Shown here one piece after another: positions 46,201-53,874 of a DNA stretch of 64,000 nt (position 1 is its first letter; each line of letters starts with the position of its first letter). Below the pieces are notes generated by a model, which saw nothing but the letters and a program-made list of their open reading frames with translations, did no database searches and was not told the origin of the DNA. Origin of the DNA: Anaerolineae bacterium (GTDB lineage Bacteria; Chloroflexota; Anaerolineae; Aggregatilineales; J027); assembly GCA_019913005.1 (NCBI GenBank), contig JAIOHL010000333.1:100885-164884 (forward strand). Reading direction: 5' to 3'. Made by a program: the position numbers and the translations under genes.

Positions 46201-47247
46201 TTAGTTTGCGATTAGGGCGCGGGCTACTTCTTCGGCAGTCGTTCGGCGCATCCGATATTGGGCAGGCAGGTTCGCCCGCACATCTTCACCAGAGCGAAAA
46301 CGGCGAATGGCAACCGCGTAGTCGGTATTCCGCAAATTGACATAATAGAGCGCGATGACACTGCCATCTTTTTGCGGCCATTCTTGCGTGGTGATAATCA
46401 AATCTTCGCTCATGCGGTTGCGTGTCCCACCGACAGCGATTTGCCACAATTCTGGTGGCAGCCATACCAAATTCGCGCCGACCCGTAACACATGGTGCTG
46501 TCCATAGAGGCTGACCAGCGGCCCCCAAAAACGATAGGGCGGCTGGATGACCGAACGACCTAAGATTTGGCGAATGGTGTTGGGGTCATTTTCCAAACGT
46601 TCTGGTAGGCGCTCACTTTCTTCCAACAGCCACCATCCACCATAGACCTCAGCGGCTTCTAATACTGATTTCAGCGTGACCTGTCCACTGCGAAATTGAT
46701 CGGAGGGCAAGCTAATCACCGGGATGGATTGCGCGGTAAATTGAGTATAGATCAGTGGGTCGCGCTTGCTGTCCAAATTGAGCATAAACACGGCATAGGG
46801 ATGATCCCATTTTTCGCCTTGCATCAGCGCAATATCGGCTTCGGTTTTGCCAAACTCGATATGCTCTTGAATGGCAGTGACATCCTTTAAAAGATTGACA
46901 CGGTAGCTCTCACCATACATCTGCCATTGGAGAGGAAAGGGCTTCTTATGGGCCATGTGTTCGCCCAATTCCAACACCAACCACGTCCCGGCGATCTTTT
47001 TGGCAACATTTTCAGGGGTGCATTCCGGTAGGCTCTCGAATTCATGGGCAAAATGGTGCTGTTTGATGTCGCCTTTTTTGGCGATCATCGGGCCGTTACA
47101 GATGGGACAGGTATAGCCCTGTGCGCCGCGCCCCGCCAGCGAAATCGGGACAGGGCGTTTGTGACTATCGAGCGCCCAACCATACATTGGCTGGTCTTGA
47201 TGTGAAAAGGATGGCAGATTGGCAGGGCGAGATGGTTGTTGGGTCAT
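46201..47247 (-). CDS. CoiA-like protein (zinc finger + HFAH motif; putative nuclease fold)
   Basis: 348 aa. YTCPICNGPMIAKKGDIKQHHFAHEF resembles the N-terminal CoiA competence-protein motif. The rest is unassigned. Confidence 0.4.
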   Translation of the reverse strand: MTQQPSRPANLPSFSHQDQPMYGWALDSHKRPVPISLAGRGAQGYTCPICNGPMIAKKGDIKQHHFAHEFESLPECTPENVAKKIAGTWLVLELGEHMAHKKPFPLQWQMYGESYRVNLLKDVTAIQEHIEFGKTEADIALMQGEKWDHPYAVFMLNLDSKRDPLIYTQFTAQSIPVISLPSDQFRSGQVTLKSVLEAAEVYGGWWLLEESERLPERLENDPNTIRQILGRSVIQPPYRFWGPLVSLYGQHHVLRVGANLVWLPPELWQIAVGGTRNRMSEDLIITTQEWPQKDGSVIALYYVNLRNTDYAVAIRRFRSGEDVRANLPAQYRMRRTTAEEVARALIAN

Positions 47248-47325
47248 AGATATTTATCTCGTTTGATTACCTCCTCAGTATACCGCTGTTAAGGGCTGCC
47301 ACCATAGTCCCATAGTTTAGGTGAG

Positions 47326-48624
47326 TTAATGTTCGGCAAAAACAACCGTACTGAGGCTATCCACCTCTGCCAACTTTGTAAACGTCCCATCCACTGCATT
47401 GTAGAAACCAATCGTATGGGGTTCACGATAGTCACCCACTGCCAGCACGTATAGACCATCACTGAGTGGCTGCAATGCGATAACAGGCTGTTCAATCTCC
47501 GAAGTTTCATCGAGCCATTGCCGCGCTTCGCCTGTTGTTAAATTGGCAATGCTTAAATCGGGTAAAGCATATTCCTTAAACAATAGATTATCCTCGTCCA
47601 ACCACAGAATTGGCATCCCGCTTGTCGTGGAAAACGCGATTTCTGATAATTCTTGAGGTGACTCTGGCGAAAATTCACCGTAGACCAGATGCGACTCTTC
47701 GTTTACCCCCGACCCAGAACGTTGAGCATAGGCAACCCGTGTCAGTTGGTCATTAAAAACTGGCATCCCCCAAAACTCAAAAGCGTATGCTTGGCAGCGG
47801 GTGGGTTGGGTATCTACCGTCATGTGACAAATGTTGGAAAGGGGCGTTTGCTCAAGGTTGTAAATAAGATCGGGGTCAGGCAGGCCGAATGCAAAACCAG
47901 TGCTATCCGCCTTCCAAAAAATCGTGGGAACCCACAAATATTCGGCAGCGGTTGCAACAGCAGGAAACTCAAAACCATCGTTGACGGGTTGAAAGGTGGT
48001 TGCATCAATAACGCTTATTTCACCGGGTTTATCTGGATCGGAATATTCACCGGGTTTCAAAATGACCAGATATTGACGATTCGGGCTTGGGACAATCGCG
48101 CCATTTTTACCAAAAGCCAACGCCTCGGTTAATTCGGCGGTATTGATTTCCAAATGGAAAAGATTGTAGGCGGGCATTCCATATGGCTCGGCAAAGTCTA
48201 CAGTTGAGAAAACGAGCGCTGTTTCATCCAGCCAGATAGGACACGCTCGACCACCAATGAAGAGATGCAGATCGGGTCTCGTGAGACCATCCACAGGTAA
48301 ATTGAGAATTGTTTCATGGTCGCTCAATCGCATCACCGCTACTGTTTTGGAGGTTAAATAGGCGATATGGGCCTGCTGCGGGGAAAAAGCTGCACATCGA
48401 ATTCCCTCATTTGAGACGATTGATACACCTGTTTCCGATTGGAAAAGGCGTAATGTGCTGCCCTCTTGATTCAATTCAAGCCAAGCGACAGGGGGCAAAT
48501 GATCGCTGTCCGACTGGGCCACAACTCCTCTAGCGGAAAAGATACCCCCTAGCATCAAACATATCAGGCTGATCAGCATCATTTTTCGGTAGGCCATCTC
48601 ATATAACTCTCTCTGGTGATTCAC
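47326..48624 (-). CDS. Secreted hypothetical protein, probable beta-propeller
   Basis: 432 aa with a signal-like MMLISLICLMLGGIFSARGVVA; ATG 48597 is an alternative start. It has repeated beta-strand-rich segments with SP-x-x-x-x-IAYL / SPNRQYLVI motifs. Confidence 0.55.
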   Translation of the reverse strand: MNHQRELYEMAYRKMMLISLICLMLGGIFSARGVVAQSDSDHLPPVAWLELNQEGSTLRLFQSETGVSIVSNEGIRCAAFSPQQAHIAYLTSKTVAVMRLSDHETILNLPVDGLTRPDLHLFIGGRACPIWLDETALVFSTVDFAEPYGMPAYNLFHLEINTAELTEALAFGKNGAIVPSPNRQYLVILKPGEYSDPDKPGEISVIDATTFQPVNDGFEFPAVATAAEYLWVPTIFWKADSTGFAFGLPDPDLIYNLEQTPLSNICHMTVDTQPTRCQAYAFEFWGMPVFNDQLTRVAYAQRSGSGVNEESHLVYGEFSPESPQELSEIAFSTTSGMPILWLDEDNLLFKEYALPDLSIANLTTGEARQWLDETSEIEQPVIALQPLSDGLYVLAVGDYREPHTIGFYNAVDGTFTKLAEVDSLSTVVFAEH

Positions 48625-48642
48625 CTCCCCTAGATTATAAAC

Positions 48643-48675
48643 AAAAAAGCCCCACCTCTAATCCAGAAGCAGGGC
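48643..48675 (-). terminator. Rho-independent terminator of the nuo cluster
   Basis: Minus-strand RNA GCCCUGCUUCU-GGAUU-AGAGGUGGGGC forms 11 bp (3 G.U) and is followed by UUUUUU (48648-48643). It lies 23 nt after the nuoN stop. Confidence 0.7.
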
Positions 48676-48697
48676 GTGGAGAGCGTAATCGTTGGGT

Positions 48698-50269
48698 TTA
48701 CAGACGGAACAAGTCAAGTCCAGCTTCGGATGCCCAGTTGACAATCGGGCCAATCAGGAACGTGCCAAGCAAGACGACTGCGACAGTGCTGGTAGCCATC
48801 ACAAATCCATAAGGAGCAGGCAGATCAATCGGCTTCTCATCATCCGGGCTGCGGTCAACATAGATCACTTTGATGACCACCAGATAGTAGTAGAGACCGA
48901 TGATTGCGTTCAGCACACCAAACACCGCCAGCCATGTCAGGCCAGAATCCACAGCGGCGCGGAACAGCAAGAACTTGCCGACGAACCCGGCTGTGGGTGG
49001 AATCCCTGCTAATGAGAGCAGAGCGATTGTGATACCCATCGCCAACCAAGGATTGCGACGGCTGAGACCCGCCATATCGGCAATGGTTTCTGAGCCAGTG
49101 GCATTGGTAAACAGGATGATACAGGCAAAAAACAGGGTATTGGTGAAGACGTACATGAACATATAGTACGCCACCGCCGCCGCGCCATCACCGGATTTGG
49201 TCGTAGCAATCGCCGCGACACCCATCAGGGTATAGCCCGCTTGGGCAATCGAGCTATAGGCAATCAGGCGTTTAATATTGCGCTGGCTTAGGGCGACAAT
49301 GTTGCCAAGTGTCATGGTGATAACGGCGAGAATGGAGAATAACTGCACCCAGATTTCGCTGAATTCTTTATACTGATCCAGCGGAACACTAATCAACTGC
49401 TCTGGTGGGAAAACCGCCAGCAAGAAACGGGTCAAGACCGCGAAACTGGCCGCTTTGGAAACCACCGAGATGAAGGAAGTCACCGGGGTGGGTGCGCCTT
49501 CGTACACATCGGGTGTCCAGAAGTGGAACGGCACAACACTAATCTTGAAGCCGAAACCAACCACCACCATCATGAGGGCCAGAATAATCGGGGCCGTATC
49601 TTGCTCGCCAGCCGCTAATGCTTGTCCAATTCGGTAAATATTGGTGTGACCACCGGAAAAACCGTAGAGCAGGCTGAGGCCATAGAGCAAGAAGGCCGAA
49701 GTGAACGCGCCAAACAAGAAATATTTCATCCCACTTTCGGCGCTACGGCTGGCAAAGGCTTCTTCGGTTGGATTGGGTGTCTCCGGACGGCGTACAAAAC
49801 CCGACAGCACATATAGGCTGATGGAAAGGGTTTCGAGGGAGATGAACACCATCACCAAGTCGGCGGCACTGCTCAAGAGGCTGGCCCCCATCGTGGCAAT
49901 GATAATCAGAGCATAGAACTCGCCTTTATAGCGCAGGCGGATGTCGCCCATCCCCATCAGGCAGGTTAGACCGCCAACCAACGCCACCATCACCTTAAAG
50001 ATTTTGGCAAGGTCGTCGCTACGAACCATCCCGCCCAACACGAGTTGTTCGGAAACTTTTAGGCCATCGGCAGGCACAATCAGCCAAGCCAGACCCCCAA
50101 TGACCAACATCCCAACACCCGCCATATAGCCAACACTCTTGCGGCGGCTGGGAGGCAAAAACAAGTCCATATAGATGACAATCAGTACCAAGATGGTCAT
50201 CAAGATTTCTGGCAAAATCGCCAGAAAACCACGTGTATCGTCAGTATTAAACTGCATCAATTCAGGCAC
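48698..50269 (-). CDS. nuoN: NADH-quinone oxidoreductase subunit N
   Basis: 523-aa polytopic antiporter-like subunit. It is last in the nuo order and has the ND2-type pattern (...FHFWTPDVYEGAPTPVTSF...). Confidence 0.85.
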   Translation of the reverse strand: MPELMQFNTDDTRGFLAILPEILMTILVLIVIYMDLFLPPSRRKSVGYMAGVGMLVIGGLAWLIVPADGLKVSEQLVLGGMVRSDDLAKIFKVMVALVGGLTCLMGMGDIRLRYKGEFYALIIIATMGASLLSSAADLVMVFISLETLSISLYVLSGFVRRPETPNPTEEAFASRSAESGMKYFLFGAFTSAFLLYGLSLLYGFSGGHTNIYRIGQALAAGEQDTAPIILALMMVVVGFGFKISVVPFHFWTPDVYEGAPTPVTSFISVVSKAASFAVLTRFLLAVFPPEQLISVPLDQYKEFSEIWVQLFSILAVITMTLGNIVALSQRNIKRLIAYSSIAQAGYTLMGVAAIATTKSGDGAAAVAYYMFMYVFTNTLFFACIILFTNATGSETIADMAGLSRRNPWLAMGITIALLSLAGIPPTAGFVGKFLLFRAAVDSGLTWLAVFGVLNAIIGLYYYLVVIKVIYVDRSPDDEKPIDLPAPYGFVMATSTVAVVLLGTFLIGPIVNWASEAGLDLFRL

Positions 50270-50285
50270 AGTTACGCTCTCCTAA

Positions 50286-51983
50286 TTACTTGCTGCCGGT
50301 CAGTAACCCGACTACCGGCTGGACGGCGCTTTCGATCATATCCGACATGAGCTTCGGATATACGCCCAAAACAATCAGCCACGCCGTTAGCATATAAATT
50401 GCTACGCGATCCTGAATTCGAATGGGGGGGATGTCGGGGAATTTTTCTTCGTCGAACTCGCCAAAGAAAACCTGCCCCACAACACGCAGCACATAGGCCG
50501 CTGTCAGAATAATACCGAGGGCCGCTGCGATGCCGATAAGGCCGTAGTAGTTCGCGCCACCAGAGGTCAGTGAAGTTGCCCACTCTGGGTGATTTTCGTT
50601 ATTCCAAATTAACTCAGGAATACCACGCCAGACACCCACAAAAATAGGGAATTCTGCCACAAATCCACTTAGGCCGGGCATACCCATGCTGACCAAACCG
50701 CCAATAATGAAGGCGATTGCTACCAGCGGCATCTTCTTGATAAACCCGCCCAAACTAGGAATGTCGCGGGTATGCGCCCGGTCATAGACCATGCCGACGC
50801 AGGCGAAGAAGAGGGCCGTCATCACACCGTGCGAGAACATTTGCAGGCCCGCACCCGTCATACCGGTTGTGTTCATGGTCGCCACACCCAAGCTGACCAA
50901 CCCCATGTGCGACACCGAGCTAAACCCGATGACATACTTGAAGTCGCGCTGGCGGAAGGCGATAAATGCGCCATACACCACATTGACTAACGCAAGGAAG
51001 ATAATCCACGGCAGGTGGACACGCGCCCCGTCTGGCAGGAGTTGAACCCCCAAACGAATCGCGGTCAATGCGCCTAGTTTCATCAACACCCCCGCGTGAA
51101 TCATCGAAACAGCGGTTGGCGCTGCCACGTGACCATCGGGTGACCAGTTGTGGAAGGGAAAGATACCAGCCAGCACCGCGAACCCCAAGAAGATGAAGGG
51201 GAACCAGAAGGTGGCAACGGTAACTTCTTTGCCTAAACCAAGATATTGAGGGTCGTCAAATGCGCCTTGTTGGGCCGCATATTGGATATGGTTGAAATCA
51301 AAGCTGTAGGCACTTTCCGAGGTGGCCGGTAGGAGATCAGGGTTTTCGGTAAAGAACGACCCGGCCTCAAAATACAGCACCAAGATGCCGACCAATGCAA
51401 TGACCGACCCAATCAAGATATAGAGGGTCAGCTTCATGGAGGCATATTCGCGCAGTTCCACCCAGCCCCAACCTGCAATCAGGAAGTACATCGGGAAGAT
51501 GGCGAGTTCATAGAAGAACAGCAGCAGGAAGATGTCGGTGGAAAGGAACACCCCGTACACCCCGGCGACCAAGAGCAGGAAAAACGCCATAAATTCGCGT
51601 ACCCGGTCTTCGATGCCCCATGAAATCATCACCCCGGCAAAACTGGCGAGACCCGTCAGCAGCACCATTGGGGCGGCCAAACCGTCTACCCCCAATTGAT
51701 AACTGACGCCGAGTTCCTTAATCCATGTCACCTTATCCACAAATTGGAAGGTCAGCAGCCCACTGCCGCTATCAATAAGACCAGCATTCGCAGTTCGGGC
51801 CGCCTCGGTGTCATAGGTAAAAAAGACCAGCGCCGCCAGAATCAAACTTGCTCCGGTAGCGAAGGCCGCGATGGTGCGAATCACTTCTTTCTGTTCTTTA
51901 TCAATAAACAGAATGATGATCGCGGCGACAAAGGGAAAGGCCAAAATGCCTGTAAGAATGCCGCTGAACTGAGTTTCCATCAA
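50286..51983 (-). CDS. nuoM: NADH-quinone oxidoreductase subunit M (copy 2 in transcription order)
   Basis: 565 aa, ND4-type: FPFHNWSPDGHVAAPTAVSMIHAGVLMKLG. Confidence 0.8.
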   Translation of the reverse strand: MMETQFSGILTGILAFPFVAAIIILFIDKEQKEVIRTIAAFATGASLILAALVFFTYDTEAARTANAGLIDSGSGLLTFQFVDKVTWIKELGVSYQLGVDGLAAPMVLLTGLASFAGVMISWGIEDRVREFMAFFLLLVAGVYGVFLSTDIFLLLFFYELAIFPMYFLIAGWGWVELREYASMKLTLYILIGSVIALVGILVLYFEAGSFFTENPDLLPATSESAYSFDFNHIQYAAQQGAFDDPQYLGLGKEVTVATFWFPFIFLGFAVLAGIFPFHNWSPDGHVAAPTAVSMIHAGVLMKLGALTAIRLGVQLLPDGARVHLPWIIFLALVNVVYGAFIAFRQRDFKYVIGFSSVSHMGLVSLGVATMNTTGMTGAGLQMFSHGVMTALFFACVGMVYDRAHTRDIPSLGGFIKKMPLVAIAFIIGGLVSMGMPGLSGFVAEFPIFVGVWRGIPELIWNNENHPEWATSLTSGGANYYGLIGIAAALGIILTAAYVLRVVGQVFFGEFDEEKFPDIPPIRIQDRVAIYMLTAWLIVLGVYPKLMSDMIESAVQPVVGLLTGSK

Positions 51984-52013
51984 AATAAACTCCTATTTTA
52001 GCCAGCCGGCTGA

Positions 52014-53855
52014 TTACCGAATAAATGCCGAGAAGATATGATAGACGCGCTCGTTAATGACAGGCAAAATCCAGTTGGGATACAGTCCTGTAATCAACAT
52101 CAATGCGACCAATGGTGCAATGGCAATCGTCTCACGGTACGAGATTTCTAAGCTGTGGTGGTGCTCGTGATATTCAATCCAGTCCGGATTCGGCGGGCCT
52201 TGCAGCACCTTCTGAATCCCTTTGAGGATATACGCACCCGTCAGCAGCAAACCAATTGTGCTAATCAGCACCATCACCTCAAAGTATGGGAATGCGCCGG
52301 AGACGATCATCCACTCGCTGGTAAAACCATTCAAACCGGGCAGGCCGAGGCTCGCCATGCTGGTGAAGACGAACAAGCCGCCAAACACCGGGACAATGTG
52401 CCACAGACCACCGAAACGCCGCAGGTCACGAGTATGCGCCTTATGATAGAGTGCTCCGACCAACAAGAACATCGCCGCCGCGCTCAGACCATGATTAAAC
52501 ATTTGCAACACCGCGCCGTTTAAAGCAACGTTGGCGGTTTGCATGTTCTCATCCATGTCGAGTTCAGCGTCCAATTTGACTTGGGCCAATGCCTTTTGGT
52601 CATCACTCGTAAGCTCGTCAATGGTCGCCGCTTGAAGTTGGGTTTGGTCTCGATACTTGGCGATGTCCTCATCCTCTAATCCCTGACCTGCCATTTGGAG
52701 CGCCAACACGGGGTCATTGACATCAGAGGATTGTGCCCACATCACACTGTACCAAACGCCCATCACCGCAATACCCATCACTACAAAGCCCATATGATTG
52801 ACGGAGGAATAGGCGACCAATTTCTTGAGGTCATCCTGTGCCCATGCCGAGAACGCCCCCATGACAATCCCCAACATTCCCAACCCTGCCATTACTTGGG
52901 CAAAGGTGAAATTTAAGTCTGAGACACTCAATAAAGTGCGTGGGCTGGCAAGTTCTTCGGGGAATAGGGGGATCACCAATCGGATAAACCCATACGCCCC
53001 TAATTTCAGCAAGACCCCTGCCAACAGCATCGAGCCAGCAGTGGGGGCTTCGGTGTGGGCATCGGGCAGCCATGTATGGAAGGGCCAGACTGGAATCTTG
53101 ATCGCAAAGGCAATAAAGAAACCGAGGAAGGCATAATATTTCACGGCGGTATAACTGACACCTAGAATCTCGCCCGGATTTTCACCCGGCAGATTCGTCT
53201 CACGCCCAATTTGGGGCCAGACTTCGTGCCATGTTTGGATATCAAAGGTCGGGCCATTCAAGCCTTTGACATCACCGACGGTGAAGCCGATCAATTGGAT
53301 GGCTAACAGCAAACCGAGTGACCCCGCCATCGTATAGATGAAGAACTTCATCGAGGCGTACTTGCGATTCGCGCCACCCCATTGGTTGATAATGAAGTAC
53401 ATCGGGACGAGGCCGATTTCCCAAAACAGGAAGAACAGCACCATATCGAGCGCCACAAATACGCCGACCAAGCCCATTTGCAGGAACAGGATCAACGCAA
53501 GGATGGCTTTTGTATTCTCCGTGTGTTCAAACGCAATCAACAGGGCAATCGGGGTGAGCAGGGCGGTCAGCAGCACCATCGTGACTGAGATGCCATCTAC
53601 CCCCACATGCCAGTTCGCGCCGATTTCCGGGAACCATTCGCTGACATATTCAAGATGATAACCACTCGCCGTTGGATCGCCATTCATGATCGCATAAAAC
53701 AGGCCGATGGAGATAATCAGCGAAGGAATACTCATCCCCAGCGCGACCCAGCGTGCTAAATTGGGCTGATTGCTGGGCAGCAGAGCCACCACAATCGCGC
53801 CAATTGCAGGCCATAGAATCAAGAAATTAAGAACATTTGAGATGAAACTTCCCAT
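52014..53855 (-). CDS. nuoM: NADH-quinone oxidoreductase subunit M (copy 1), with an acidic insertion of about 75 aa
   Basis: 613 aa, ND4-type: WPFHTWLPDAHTEAPTAGSMLLAGVLLKLGAYG. Extra segment at about residues 369-444 (SSDVNDPVLALQMAGQGLEDEDIAKYRDQTQLQAATIDELTSDDQKALAQVKLDAELDMDENMQ). Confidence 0.8.
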   Translation of the reverse strand: MGSFISNVLNFLILWPAIGAIVVALLPSNQPNLARWVALGMSIPSLIISIGLFYAIMNGDPTASGYHLEYVSEWFPEIGANWHVGVDGISVTMVLLTALLTPIALLIAFEHTENTKAILALILFLQMGLVGVFVALDMVLFFLFWEIGLVPMYFIINQWGGANRKYASMKFFIYTMAGSLGLLLAIQLIGFTVGDVKGLNGPTFDIQTWHEVWPQIGRETNLPGENPGEILGVSYTAVKYYAFLGFFIAFAIKIPVWPFHTWLPDAHTEAPTAGSMLLAGVLLKLGAYGFIRLVIPLFPEELASPRTLLSVSDLNFTFAQVMAGLGMLGIVMGAFSAWAQDDLKKLVAYSSVNHMGFVVMGIAVMGVWYSVMWAQSSDVNDPVLALQMAGQGLEDEDIAKYRDQTQLQAATIDELTSDDQKALAQVKLDAELDMDENMQTANVALNGAVLQMFNHGLSAAAMFLLVGALYHKAHTRDLRRFGGLWHIVPVFGGLFVFTSMASLGLPGLNGFTSEWMIVSGAFPYFEVMVLISTIGLLLTGAYILKGIQKVLQGPPNPDWIEYHEHHHSLEISYRETIAIAPLVALMLITGLYPNWILPVINERVYHIFSAFIR

Positions 53856-53874
53856 TGGAGTTCAAGTCTCCTTC

